DNA of 64,000 bases. It comes from Treponema sp. (GTDB taxonomy: Bacteria > Spirochaetota > Spirochaetia > Treponematales > Treponemataceae). Numbering within the stretch: position 1 is the first letter of the stretch; every line of letters starts with the position of its first letter. Positions 28,401 to 39,600 of this stretch are shown one piece after another. Location of the stretch: contig JAZUKJ010000119.1 in NCBI GenBank assembly GCA_045643225.1, positions 31,927-95,926 of the forward strand. The letters are read 5' to 3'. Below the pieces are notes generated by a model. It was not told the origin of the DNA. It saw only the letters and a list, made by a program, of their open reading frames with translations, and ran no database searches. The position numbers were made by a program, and so were the translations under genes.

Positions 28401-30374
28401 TATTCCGGTGGAAAGACCAATACTCCTTCAACCGCACAGTCCGGTGGAAACAAGAAGGCACCTGTAAAGGCTGACTTTACTGATAACTATAAGATGGATG
28501 TCGTTCCATACATCCTGAGCGTGGATACTGAAATTTCTGCCAAGAATGTAAGCAATCCATCAGAGGTCTCTCGTACTGCGCTTGGTCATTATGTCCTTAG
28601 GGCGGAGGCAAAGGATGGAACCGCTACCGGTGGAGAGACTGCAACCCTGGTTGGCTTTAACCTTGGCTCCAATACGGCTATTGTTGCAAAGGACAGAAAT
28701 TCAGGAGCCTATGTTGCGACCGTAAATTCCGTTACATCCCTCAACAATGTCAACAACAACAACGCCTGCGGAAGTTATGACGGTACAATGAATGATTCCG
28801 CCGACTACGAGGACAAGGAGGCATGGGCCTACAACAGGCAGCCAAACAACGCCAACAACGATAACCTCACCGATGATGTGTACTTTGATGTATGGCATAT
28901 AAATTCTTCCGCCGCTACACCAAATGACGGTTCCCTTGAGCAGGTGGTCATGAAGGTAAATCCAAAGAACGGTATGCCGGGAGTGGCTTTCTCCAACGGT
29001 TCCCTCAGGTTCTCAATGCCTGGCGACAACTCTAGTGATAATTCCTACAAGCAATGGTCACGGAGCTGGGACTTGTTCTCCTCTGTCACCCTTGCCTTTG
29101 ATGACAACGGAAATTCCTTTGGACTTGCCGCCGGAGGCGATATAAATGATAGCCAGTCATCAGACTGTGTTGCCCTTATGTCCAGCCGCTGGGGTACTGT
29201 TGGAAATGCCAACAGCTCTAACTTGAGTGGAGGCAACCATATAAATATTGAATCAATAGGCCAGTGGGGAAGTACTGGCCAGACTACCGGTTTTTCAGGT
29301 ACTGGGACAAGTACTTACAAACCTTGGTTTGTTGACAAGCAGAGGGTCATGTCACCTTCCATCGCCACAACAGTGAGCGGAACAGATACAAATGTATATC
29401 TGGCTTACTATGACAGCCTTAACGATGAAATCCGTTTCAGGAGAGGTACTGTGACAGGTGGTGCAATCACAAATCTGGATGCCAATCACATGTTTGCTAA
29501 CGCGTACAGTTCAAGCTTTGATAAATATACTACCAATGTTCAGCGTGTAAATGTGGCCGTCGCACCAAACACTCATGCCGGAGAATATGTAAGCATTGGA
29601 GTCGTTCCTGCTGGAAAGGCCGCTTCATCAAAAGATACCGTTGTCATGGCCTGGTACGACAAGCATGACCAGAAACTGCTGTTCATGTTCCACAATGATG
29701 CTCCAAGCATAAGAAAGAATACCACTGGTGGCTGGACATGCAGTCCTGTTGCAGTGTTTGGTGACAGGACAGGAATTGGAGAATATTGTAAGCTGACCGT
29801 GGATACTGACGGAAATATCCATATAGCCTGCTACGATAAGATAAACAGTTCCGTAAATTATGTATATCTCACAAAGGACAAGCTCACAGCTTCCTTGAGT
29901 GCTACTGATTTCCGCACCGCCGTGGTTGATGGCAACGGAACAGGAAAGTATCTGACGATCGACACCGCAAAGGATGCCGCCGGAAAAATGATTCCTTACA
30001 TTGGATACTATTCAGCGTCCTACGTTCTTCCAATGTCAGCCAGATTGACCGATTCAGCCCTTTTGACGAGCGGTGACCTGGATGGCTGTAAGATTGACGA
30101 CCAGGGAGTAGGAAAGTATACAGGTGCTTGGGAATGTTCAACCGTTCCAACAAACAAACTGTTGAACATGTCTCCTCAGGGCTTGTTCAATCATGTCAAC
30201 CTTGTGGTGCATAGAGATTCTAGCACTGGAAAAATCGCTAAAATAAAGACTGGAGCTTCCGCTGATGGAAATACAGGAAAGATTTACGGAAACGGTAGCT
30301 CAAATCCGTTGATGGGTTATGTGGTTAACAACGGTGGCTCCAAGACCACCTTTGAAACCGCACAGCTGAAATAA
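19404..30374 (+). CDS. Giant lipoprotein 1 (3656 aa): Ig-like repeat stalk with propeller-like C-terminus
   Basis: GAGAGG SD then ATG 19404; signal peptide ending LIFSG-C28, then EIGLGAAVD; ~19 D-x-x-x-P Ig boundary motifs; uninterrupted ORF. Confidence 0.88.
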   Translation: MEMLNVKLYLKKFIWAVPVSLVLIFSGCEIGLGAAVDIEAPTVEVISPRTNSSVGSTFYISGACLDDADVKTVIIKRIYKKNFDSNGDYLDTREWPTIEEQATGKTLGSVTPYFDNPSRSWRWDFPLNYLGNGKYSCNGYELDGISDGNYIVEAISIDGGGRPSTPASRSFDIDNTSPVFFVSSPTEFESSVGCTDYGRSVSIRGVIADTHAVDVLRVKAYDSNDRSEIYLPKNTFTDFDKANTYVVLAAYSTDYAEGRTVSDEVRQLHNNYMALFGQAGKVTFDVALDQVSRRKIDLYIEVEDKAGNKSTAIYGETPLSKIVREQINVQDLSFEATDCMKIMNGTYSGALNTAKMEIVKDILTGKRDGVNKNDYMVYKDDQGHNYFSIAVCPNSAPSYRLEGYEVENLGTEDVKYNSVSKDGTLSIMVKAGRDGTAIDPKEPNKLSLKIFDVVNGVVEAVPSFVIDSDHNRDCLTYAVDATVKSIFDLDDGFTEKNLSLNMNKVFTALGTEHAYKGNSKHILVVEGEDKNGTKLVSDKIYGFAILSNARSAIVDSLDNYSVKRWNEVGNGYSFPVTIVDAEKKISEENTALTYKVEYFEGHYVTDSAIDESKIMSSYTKSGFFAGSQLIRDAGSETLFSQAIPLTASIASVPLQGKNVTIRIAVTAHNGQADGEKTVFLIYTDGVKPNLTVADNLEIATTKKVTLDSINYTKKDGVNNYEIGGTVSDVDGSGIDSIKYSFDNGATWVDMTAIPKISAESNWTQKLAVTEGSGKSIWLKALDKAGNESDVLKYENITFDLSKPTVLCTSPASIAEYYQDVPAIVFTAKDGNKVSDIKVKATLNGNPASVTVTPYGYRTPEATATVTVPATDGKWELTVSAEDELGQKSENIKVGFTRDKTAPVFKGDFKITPDKVGDYYTTSMLKIDGECIDTTELKEVEYWITSGGVDSEHKKDPATDHKFSITPTDFVSANGGVNVLHVVLTDLAGNSSAEKTTTIKIDTGKPNLSKAYFDDQRDKVDLGAVPAKVFFGDKKAVNMSLYGLVSDDGGIASMTFAIAGTEVSPSLTYTTKLLNEDSSETDYTTASWVSYGSIGDKSQIKAWKADFTQAVVNAASPAGGTLAISATDKAGLVTTLTNVLSFTKDSTAPVIEVKDLVDGKLIKEDNLVADNLVVHGTWSDIGGSGTAVLECKVNGSLLDRTLIDAPSSTTAVAWTVEIPKSRIPAGDGKSIVFTARDSVGNETVRTISDLVFDYKLPEVVPVVLDEYYPYSPTNLEIIFQGTDDRGVPTVEFDSATLDGTPVIPENIKVNDGKNLKITLPRDGLTQNGKWVITVHARDLAGRDGNAYTISTTVDGKKPGAPTDFYVAGTAYDAARPAWNRSNLVQIKATTTDVGAGIRKVYYKILDSTAVAPTDLVSTSDGSVAASSGKEFNLTVSGLSENVGTRASKVYLQSEDMAGNRSDVTSITLNIDQTNPEASASYYTFDTGASPVLKPVSGLIRINGTNSITVYGKLVEAGSGVKELKFMFNGTEKRPDALGYSVSDITNPASLPVFTDSKENAKSFMATFDNSKVLEGVFSVKVTDNAGNYVQQNLFSIAKDEVAPSLSLRSPATLIRTGTDALAPATVTSVNGRINITGTATDDDLDYVKLSYSIDGTGYNEIDTKTGSDAYNWSFDVDSTKKSGSAIKFMDDTTYAGVAKTLYIKLESKDTAGNETVNVYEYLADPNTDRPVINFTNVDLKSGSDAMSDSTSVWVKSDTIFGTISDDDGISSFQYKIGSGTYQNVPVNNGSWTIRLGDDGETKISFKVVDSQGTEFTSENSQWLTPKFQNSTDTIDNYAYLNLKKDTKAPEVGSVEYSVKHLTDWSEYGQDYIKGHFGGTYSDIKFRFSLYDSNGIDSVKIEFDGISPAVDETMDPANGVYTSDAIPLTSIVTGNVTANITVTDKAGGTTKKSVSFYVDNTAPTIDLTVPTSLVKSAATLYGSVNELGGKVYFAITKYGADAPETTVIARGSENAAKRWKLIDDASLSWTVFFDDVEGASTGCHTDMFKWYLTEDMGVGVDPQLNGTRCTVNNINNRTYTDDTDVSFHVMAVDQCGNFSVETRKISVNPQGDKPSVVISKPDTGAKLGGSIVIMGTAEDNIEAKYVGLMIDVNGDGRWNYQDIAKLKEDNSEYRFGKIVVGESFDNATPVSGRADDYYKDYALKLDVKGGGWDVTVNSDGKLNPEDGSDGEVTVWAFAVDNDMNTSSVISFASDSPMEKRVFNIDKYSPKIGNIYLTNGSGASVAYTDGMAVKGEWIYEADIFDDTGISDISVGSTDYVKDGTILEASKVEVLPPSFGDKGYHIKVPVGNGTDGYIGTDLKVISFKEIKNVAPLEGTATINLKIDNKKPVIAHRGDGASPAAGYNIKHYGLDGRVVNVNGYYTFGSYANEDSNETAGVVTNQTGVKRVAFYFTRDIPSESISKLYDVMIKNGETGNAIDSYASNLTHEDGLYWKTKTVSSVSGVQLTIDSADQNIHAGGLVKVNGMIYRIKGVSGTSVTLDASSISVENGDTALFALANVVDNTTQEGDGSGAKCEEKYPYGYWKNGRYDDGDFMIESFVKQGSRWSWEASVNTKNIGDGSAKLNYVVFDDAGNYDTESVDIFVGNNQPRVAGLVFETDDDDNGVYSEIETFRAYENYYRNGIDGINEVTKAVFPVGSTAGSPKALAKVHNKIRLQPEIVGGNNSLSYSAAVGASALGSGAFKDISGNALAGSDSGVTGAVEFTVAKMVSASVADGIKALSLKITDQTPGEPMSADIDVWLDFALNDTGAPVAKIRPLYWNGKDDNSLYLNSRENGHIEVSSDLYFTGTTFTAASGLMDKDPKVSGKIRLEGVIKDDGQIKSVALALNGTDRTVANYSNGQWNIVSTYAMTGTDIPASGVGFEITKATYNDMIACGHIIEDDVPVALELDDDVEYFTQEYGHVIKWTANIDTEKLVANLAQTDYVIKVKATDRGNPNSTGAYSGGKTNTPSTAQSGGNKKAPVKADFTDNYKMDVVPYILSVDTEISAKNVSNPSEVSRTALGHYVLRAEAKDGTATGGETATLVGFNLGSNTAIVAKDRNSGAYVATVNSVTSLNNVNNNNACGSYDGTMNDSADYEDKEAWAYNRQPNNANNDNLTDDVYFDVWHINSSAATPNDGSLEQVVMKVNPKNGMPGVAFSNGSLRFSMPGDNSSDNSYKQWSRSWDLFSSVTLAFDDNGNSFGLAAGGDINDSQSSDCVALMSSRWGTVGNANSSNLSGGNHINIESIGQWGSTGQTTGFSGTGTSTYKPWFVDKQRVMSPSIATTVSGTDTNVYLAYYDSLNDEIRFRRGTVTGGAITNLDANHMFANAYSSSFDKYTTNVQRVNVAVAPNTHAGEYVSIGVVPAGKAASSKDTVVMAWYDKHDQKLLFMFHNDAPSIRKNTTGGWTCSPVAVFGDRTGIGEYCKLTVDTDGNIHIACYDKINSSVNYVYLTKDKLTASLSATDFRTAVVDGNGTGKYLTIDTAKDAAGKMIPYIGYYSASYVLPMSARLTDSALLTSGDLDGCKIDDQGVGKYTGAWECSTVPTNKLLNMSPQGLFNHVNLVVHRDSSTGKIAKIKTGASADGNTGKIYGNGSSNPLMGYVVNNGGSKTTFETAQLK

Positions 30375-30380
30375 AAAGAA

Positions 30381-30418
30381 AACCGGGTTGCCTATGGTGA
30401 CCCGGGGTTTTTTGTTTT
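30381..30418 (+). terminator. Rho-independent terminator after giant gene 1
   Basis: CCGGGTTGCC-tat-GGTGACCCGG plus T-rich run. Confidence 0.85.
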
Positions 30419-30442
30419 GATTCGTGCCAATCAGGAACATAA

Positions 30443-30479
30443 GGGAATCTCTAGAAATTGCAATTTTTTGGAGATGCCC
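30443..30479. repeat. Palindromic intergenic repeat, copy D
   Basis: GGGAATCTCTAGAAATTGCAATTTTTTGGAGATGCCC. Confidence 0.8.
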
Positions 30480-30693
30480 TTTGCATATGAAACAGAACGT
30501 ATTTGGGGATATTTTATGCTGAAAATCGGAATTCTGCCGATATTTTGGTGAAAAACTGTAATTTCTCCAATATTTTACTGTTTTTTCTTTAAAAATTGAG
30601 ATTTTAGACTTATTATATATATGGACTGTTTCCCATCGTTAGTATTGGTGGATGCCATAGATCTTATTTACTTGTTGGACATGTGAGGTGCTT

Positions 30694-33600
30694 ATGAGAA
30701 TGACATTTGATAATTTGAAGCTCGGAAAGTATTTTGGAATTCTCCCCATGTTTATGGTCCTCCTTTTTGCGGGATGCGAGATTGGATTGGGTGGGGCCAT
30801 TGATACTGAATCCCCGAAAATAAATATCATTACTCCGGACGTAAACACCACCTGGAATGACTCCATAGAAGTGACCGGAAAGTGTTCGGATGATTCCGGT
30901 GTTGAGCTGGTGGAGATTATCCGTATCTATAACAGCGAAAACAGTGCCCTTTCCTGGGAACACCTGGGATCCATCAAGCCGGTGGAAGTTGGCAAGAACG
31001 CTCAGGATGAAATGGAATATTCCTGGAAATTTGACCTGGAAAAAAATCCTGATGGAACATATACCTGCAAGACCGATTCCGCAAATACCATCCTGAATAT
31101 GGTGGACGGAACATATATTGTAGATGTTCGCTCCTTTGACTCCTCCGGAAGGCAGTCAACTATCGATTCCCGTGTATTCGACATTGATACGACCGCTCCT
31201 TTCCTGCTTTTGTCTTCTCCAAAGAGTTTTGAGAACTATGACCCTGCCACCGGTGAAGAGAACCCGAACACCACATTGTTCGGCCGCTCCGTGACACTCA
31301 GGGGCGTAACTTCCGATAACCACGAAGTGCCAGCCATGACAGTCACCGCCTACCGGGATGCAGCTGGAACGAATCAGATTTTTAAAAAGACTTTCACAGG
31401 TTTTGACAAGGCTACCACCGCCGTTACCATTGCAGCCTATTCAGTCGATTGCGCCGCCGGAAGAAGTGTGTCCGCTGAAATCAGGGAGCTTCACAACAAC
31501 TACATGGCGCTGTTCAATAGATCCTCCTTTACCGATGTGAACAACGTTGCCCCTATAAATGTTTATCTTTCCATAGAGCTTAAGGATTCCTGTGGCAACG
31601 TCGCAGGCTATACCTACAGCAACGAAAAGCTCCTTAGAGCCATAAGAGGGGAAATCGGTGTCCCTGATGCACGTTTCGAAGCGTCCGATGGTTCCATGAT
31701 TTTGTCCGGAACCTACAACAGGACTGACTTTAATGGAACCCAGCAGGCTCAGATAAAGAATCTGCTTACAGGAAACAGCGCACAAAAGAGCAGCTATCTT
31801 TGCTACGACAATTCCGATGATGGAAAGAATCTGATTGTATTCAATGTCACTCCATCAAATGCCGCAAAATACAGGGTATCCAACATGGGTATATCCGATT
31901 CAGGTACCTATAGCGGTGAGGCTACAACCTCATCTGTCCTTGGAATCGAATTCATGGCCGGAAGGGATAGGGCTCCTATTGATCCTCCAAGCATTTCCGT
32001 TAAGATTAGCGATGCCTCAAATCCTAGCAAATATGTCGTAATTGACAAGGACCACAACCCTGGATGTTTCACTTCTGTATCTGCAGCTAACAGCAACGAC
32101 CAGGACCCGGTCATATACCCTGTAACTGAACTGAAGGGTATTACTGGAGGAACCTTTAACCTGAACCTTATTGATACAGGCTTCGGTTTTGTAAACGGAA
32201 GCAAGTATAAGGTTGAAGTTTTTGGAAAGGATGTCAACGGTGTTGATATCTTAAGCGAAAACGCCAGGGGCTATGGATTTAAGGTGGTTTCTTCTGGAAC
32301 CGCCGCCACGGTCTACTCCGGTGAGACATTGAACTCAAAGAAAGAAGTGATGAAGCCTTCCTCAAAAATTGCGGAAGGCTATAAGGTGCTCATTACGGAT
32401 GCCGAAATGTGTATCTACAAACAGGCAAAGGCCCTTACCTATGAAATCTGCTATTATGATGGCTATTACGCTTCCGAGGCTTCCGCAAGAAACCAGATTG
32501 GAGGCAAGGTAACTAATTACGTGGCGGGAAGTGCCCTTACTCCGCAGGTGGCCACAAGGGATTATCTGGCTACCATACCGCTTAGTCTGCCGGCCACAAA
32601 CAAAAATATCACAATCATAATAAAGGCGGTCCCTCTCAACGGAATAGCTGAAGGAAACCAGAAGACCTTTATTCTTCATAGCGATGGAAAAGCTCCTTCA
32701 CTTATTGTGGACAACGATGATGAGCTGAAAGCAAAGAAAATCAATGCGCTGGAATCACCGTATTTCAAGAAGGTTGGTGATAAGTATCAGTATACCCTTA
32801 GCGGTAAGGTAAGCGATATTGATGGAATGGGAACAAAGAACATTCTCTATAAGCTCAAGGGCGATACCGAATGGAAAAAGGTTTTTGATTCTGACCTTCC
32901 TGAATATTCCACAACCGAAAACGGATGGTCAATTGTCATTCCGTTTGAAACTGAATGCGACGACTATTCAATTACGCTTAAAGCGGTAGACTCCGTTGGT
33001 AATGAATCCGCCGAAGTGAAATATCCTTCACTGGTGTTCGGATTCGGCAAGCCTAGCGTTGAGCTAAAATCTGTAAAGAATGTAGCCGGTGCCAAGCTGG
33101 AACCATACTACAAGGAAGCCGTGGCGATTGTGCTTGAATCAAAAGACAACTTCAGTGTCTCAAAGGTAAATGCGGCTGTAACAAAGGATGGCGTCAACCA
33201 GACCGGAAAAGCCAGCACCAGCGGTGAGAACACATCCAATGCAACGACAACTATCTCTGTTCCTGCAACCGATGGAAAGTGGAGGGTTGAGTTGACCGCG
33301 GAAAATCCATCCGGCGGAATATCCGACGCATACACACTGGAGACCATCATAGATACGACGGCCCCTGTGATAGATTCTATCTCCGTCTCGGGTACACCAA
33401 AGCAGGCCTATACCTCCACGACCCTGAAGATTGACGGTGCATACACTGAGGCGAACGATATTTCAAAGATTGAATACTGGATTACGCTCCCGGATTCAAC
33501 GAACACCGACGTATTGACATCTGCGACTGTCGATAGACAGAACAAGACATTCTCCATAACTCCAACGGACTTCTCTTCCGATAACGGAGGTCTCAATGTG

Positions 33601-36600
33601 CTTCATGTTCGTGCCTACGATGCCGCAAACAATGTAAGTGCAGAAAAGACTTTGGATGTTAAGATAGATGTTACCGCTCCAAAGGCTTCCGTTCTTTATT
33701 GCGATGAAGGTTCCGGACTTGGCGAAGTTCCTTCAAGAATATTCTACGGACCAAACAAGGCCATAGACATTACTCTTTACGGACTTGTTTCCGATGAAGG
33801 CGGACTTGCTTCCCTTGATTTCACTGTCGCCGGAACTGCCGTCTCTCCGGATATTTCATATACGACTGCAAACCTTACATCCTCCAGCGCGGCCAGTGCC
33901 TTTACAGGGGCAACCTGGACCACAGCCCTTACCGATTCCAACAGGGCAAACGTAAAGGGATGGAAAGCAAGGTTCACAGGCGAAGTATCAGGTGTACTGG
34001 CACTTTCCGCAAAGGATTTGGCAGGCCTTGCATCATCTTTGCCAACTATCCTTACCTTTACGGAAGATTCTTCCTTGCCTTGGATTGAAGTAACTACTCC
34101 TGCAGCCAACAAACTGGTAACCGAGGACGACCTGGTTGACAATAAACTTGTCGTCAGCGGAAAATGGTCAGACAGTGGCTCCGGAACCAATATCCTTGAG
34201 TGGTCTTTGGATGGAAGTTCCTGGGTTTCAACCGGTGTGACCGATGCACCAAAGGGGACTGCAACTGTTTCCTGGTCCATAAGCATTCCTAAGGGTTCTC
34301 TTAATGCGGGCACTGGAAAGACTCTTCATGTTAGAGCCACCGATGGTGTATTGAATGTAAGGGAAGCTTCCGTGACAGGACTTAGCTTTGACTATAGCAG
34401 ACCTGAAATTTCAGTAAGCCCTTCAAGTCTGGATGAATATTACGGTAAGTCAGCTTCTGATTTGGTTATAACCTTTACCGGTACCGACCTGGATCCTGGC
34501 GCATGCACTATAGTTCTTGATTCACCTAGCTCCGGATTGTCATTGACACCGGTTTCCTCTGGAAAGGCTACCCTGACCTTGAAACGGGATGGATCTAACG
34601 ATGGAAAGTGGGATATCAAGGCCCATGCCGTGGATGCTTCCGGACGGGAAAGCGCTCCTGTTTCTCTTTCAACAACCGTTGATGGAACCGTTCCAACCTT
34701 TAAGGCCAATTCAACGAAGGTTGAAGAAAATGCTTACGATGCGGACGCATGGTTCAAGAACAACGTCATAAGAGTAGGGGCCGTCGCAATTGATGACGAA
34801 TCCGGAATCAGCAATGTCTATTACAAGCTGGCATCAACTCAGCCTGCCGACGTTGTTGGTACAAAGGATGGCCTGGTTGCCGCAATTTCAAACAGCCCAT
34901 ATACCTTCACCGTCAACAATTTGAGCGACGGCGCAAACAAGGTATGGATGCAGATAGTGGATAAAGCTGGAAACAAGAGTTCCGTGGAGATGGTGCAGAT
35001 TAACGTGGACCAGACAAATCCAAGCCTTGACTCCAAGTATTATTCATACGATGAAACGAATTTCTCTTCCACAAGTGGAACCGCCAGAAGCAACAAGTCC
35101 AAGGATTTGTACATCTATGGAAATGTCGAGGACTTGAGCTCTGGAGTGGCAAGTCTTGTACTCAAGATTGGTGAAACCGAAGTTCCTGCTACCGTTACAT
35201 ATTCAACAAACGTTATAAGCTCAGAGCCTACACCGGCTGATATTGCATCATACACGATTACCGAGGCCGACAATACGGTTAAGAGCTATAGGGCAAAAAT
35301 CAGTAAGACTGCAATCGAACAGGGAACTGTCAGGGCCATTGTTACGGACAAGGCAGGAAACTCTGTCCAGCAGACCTTCTTCCAGATTGTGGCCGACACA
35401 ACAGCACCGACCATCGAGCTTAAGTCCCCTGTAACAAAAGTTTCAGGAGAAAGCGGTTCTGTCCTTTCCGTCAACGGTACCGTTACTGTAACCGGTAGCT
35501 CAAATGATGAGGAGCTTGCCTCCGTTACAATGGAATATTCCGTAAACAACGGAAGCTCATGGAATCTGGTTGGTTCTAAACCTGGATCTTCAGCCTACAA
35601 CTGGAGTTTCAATCTTCCGATGACATCCAACAGCAGTGGAAACATAACCTTCATTGACGGTTCCAGCTATGCGGGAACATCAAAACAGGTTCTGGTAAAG
35701 GTCACCGCTCTTGATGTGGCAGGAAACTCCGCAAGCAAGGTTTATGAATACAATGCAGACCCTGACGGGGACAGACCTGTCATCAGCTTTAACAATGTAT
35801 CTCTTGAGGACATGACCGATTCAAATCCTGTCTGGTTCAAGAGCAATACAATCATTGGCAACATCCGTGATGATGATGGAATCATGAAACTGGAGTGCAA
35901 GGTTGGAGCGGATTCATATGCCCAGATTCCTGTAAATAGCGGAACCTGGAGCCTTCCATTGACTAGAGAAGGCTCAAATGTCGTTTACTTCAGGGTAACC
36001 GACACCGCTGGAACCGTATTTGAATCAAAGCTTTCCTCCGCCGCAAACCAGTATTCTTCTCCAAAGCTTACCGACGGTGAAAATGATTTGACATCTACAT
36101 CCGTTCTCAGCCTGAAGGTGGACACCAACCCTCCTGAAATCGGTGACATCTATTACCAGGTCCATAACAGCCAGAGCGATACATATGGCGCAAGGTCAAA
36201 GGATTTCACTACAGGACTCTTTGGTGGAATCTATGACAAGATGAAGCTGAACTTCCAGGCTTCAGATACAAACGGAATATCCTCCGTCTCCGTTAAGATT
36301 GACGGAAAGGCGGGATCCTATACTGCTACCAGGGGAGCCGGCGACGAATGGACCACCCAGGAAATTGCCCTGGACAATGAGAGCCTGGTATCCGGTTCAT
36401 ACAGGATTATCATTGAAGTAACGGATGCCGCGGGGGCTGTTGCTCAAAAGACTGTCAGCTTTGAAGTTGACAATACGGTACCTGCCATCACTATCAATGT
36501 GCCTTCCGGATCTGTAAAATCTGCCACCGCAGTTTATGGAACGGCGGAAGCCTTGAACGGTCAGGTATACTATGCAGTGGCCCTTGACGACGATGCGACA

Positions 36601-39600
36601 AAGATTACTGATACCATTGACGTGGGAAGGGCTGCCGGCAAATGGATGGTCATAGGTGACGCATCCCTTGCATGGACTGTCAACTTTGATAACGCCGGCG
36701 GAGCAAGTGGAACCCATACGGACTTCATCAAGGAATACCTTGGGGAGCTCATGGGCAACAGGACTGAAATCGAAAACGGTACCTACACTACAGAAACCGA
36801 TGTCTATTTCCATATCAAGGCCGTGGATGACCACGGAAACGTAAACTATGCCTTCGCGCCATTTACAGTTGACCCTCAGGGTGACAGGCCGGATGTAAAT
36901 ATAACATATCCAAAACAGAATGCAGTTCTTGGTGGCGAAATAACAATCATGGGAACCGCAACTGATAACGAGCTGGCGGAAAAGGTCGGTCTCTATGTGG
37001 ATGCAAACAATGACGGTCACTGGAACTGGGATGACATTGCTCTTTTGAACTCCGACACGGATTCCGGTGCCAAATTTGGAAAGCTTGATGATTCTGCAAA
37101 GACCTTTGTTGAGGCAACTCCTGTCGCTGGAAAAACAGAGGAATACTATAAGGATTACGCTCTTCTCCTGGAGGTAAAGGCAGGCAGCTGGAGCTACAAG
37201 ATTAACGGAAAGGGAACCTTTGACCCATCCGGTGACGGAAACAATGTTATCATTGTGTACGCCTTCGCTGTTGACAACAAAGGCAATCACAGTACGAATG
37301 ACTTTGCGAAGATGCAAAAGGTTTCATTCTCTGTAGACAAGGACTCTCCAAAGATTGAAAATGAAATGCTTGTCAGTGATTATACATCCGGCGAGCTTGA
37401 CTCAGCTGAAATTCCGTACGTAGAGGATATGTCCGTCAGGGGCAAATGGAAATATACCGCCCTTGTCTACGATGATACCGAGATTGCGACTATCAAGGTT
37501 GACGGTGTTTCCGTGCTTCCAAATGGAGTGCCGGGAGTTACCGTAAACAAGTATGACAATGATACAGAAAAGAAGCACGGATATAGAATCTCTATTGACA
37601 TTGGAATTGATGACACATCCACTGTAAGGACGGATAGCCATACAATTACCTTTACAGAAAGAAAGGACTCTGGAGCGCTTTCAGGAAGCAGGCAGATTAG
37701 CATCAACATTGACAATAAGGCTCCTGAATCCATTGCCCACGGTGATGAAGGATACAACTTCAAGGTTTATGGCAACGGCATTGATGAAGGCCGTGTCGTA
37801 AATATGAATGGATTCTATACCTTCGGTTCCAAGGCAATGGAAAATCCTGTAAGAAATCCGGTCACCGGTGTCGTTACAAACCAGACCGGAATCAGCCGTA
37901 TTGCCTTCTACGTCACAAGGGATGTTGATGATATCAGCAACCTCTATGATGTTATGATCAAGCACAAGGCCTCCGGAAACATTATTGAAAACTATAAGAC
38001 TCCTGCCGTAAGCCAGGTGAAGAGGGATGCTGACGAGCTTTACTGGAGGACAATGAAAGTCAGTTCAGGTGGCGTCGGTTCCATTACATTGACCAGCGCC
38101 CCTGGAGAAAATGTACACCTTGGCGGTCTGGTAAAGTTTAAGGGCGTATATTACACAATCAGGACCATATCTGGATCAACCATAGGTCTTGATACCACCT
38201 ATGATTTTGGAAATGTTGACGCTGGAAGTGATATTAAATTTGCGGTCGCCTCTGTTGTAGACAATCCTACACAGGAACTGGACGGAACCGTCAAGAATGC
38301 GGCGGGATATTGGACTGACTCCGCCCGTGATGATGGTGACGGAATGATCGAAAGCCTTATCAAGCAGGGAACCTCATGGATTTGGGAAGCCAACATCAAC
38401 TCCAAGAATATCGGGGACGGTGTCGCTACAATCCATTACGTAGTGTTCGACCAGGCAGGAAACAGCAAGCACGATGAAGTAAGTGTCTACGTCGGAAACA
38501 ATCTTCCACGTATTGCCGGACTTGTCTTTGCTGCTGACGACAATGGCGATGAGGTGTTCGACAGTAACGAAACCTACAACCAGTATACCGGTATCTATGA
38601 AGGCGGTATGAGGGACGGAAGAAATGTTGTCAACGCAACATTCCCTATGGACAGTACCGACAGTAATCCTATATCCATTGCAAAGGTCCGCAACAGCATG
38701 AAGGTTGTACCGGAAATTGTCGGTGGAAACGGAGAAATATCTGTCACGACATCCCTCAGCAAGAGGAATGTTGCAAATAACGGTTGGGCGGATGCCTATG
38801 TTACCCTTGGCGAACGGAGCCTGGGTGACGGAACTGAGGATGATACCGCAAAGCTCTTTGAGATTCTTTACGATGTAAAGACAATGATAAATTCTTCAAA
38901 GAGATTTGAGGATGGCGATAAACAGAAAATGTCAATGCTCTTCAAGGATTCCACCCCTGGTGGATCAATGGAAGCCTCCGTTGATGTAATCCTTGACATC
39001 GCCCTGCGTGACACGGTTCTTCCAAAGATTTATATCAGGCCTTTCTACTGGAAGGGCAGCAAAGATAACAGCCTCTTTAAGAATTCCTTGAAGGAAGGTC
39101 ACATTGAAATATCTTCCGACCTTGACTTCACTGGTTCGAAGTTTACGGATGCGAACGGACTTATGGATAGGGATCCTAAGGTCTCTGGAAAAATCCGTAT
39201 TGAAGGAATAGCTGTCGACAACAAGCAGCTGAAGGAATTGTCCCTCAAGTTCAACGGAACTTCAAAGGTTATTGCAACCATGTCAAATGGTGTATGGACT
39301 TCCGTAAATACTTTGTCAGGCGGAAACATCCCAAGCGGAGGTTTTGCCTCTGGTGAAATTGAGAAGGCTACATACGGTGACCTGGTTGACTATGGCATCA
39401 TAGACGAAGCTTCCTTGACCAAGAGAAAGACTGCGGAGGTTCCATTCTTTACTCAGGAATACGGACATGTTGTTAAGTGGTCTGTCTATGTTGATACAAG
39501 CGTACTGGCTTCTTCAATTTTGGGCAGCGGAAAATTTGCCACAACAGACATGCTGGTTAATGCCGTGGCGGTTGACCGTGGAGATCCAATATTAAGGTCT

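Noticed and set aside
36397-37317. 306-aa antisense ORF within giant gene 2
   Set aside because: Shadow of the sense ORF, with Val/Ile/Cys-rich composition expected from the reverse frame
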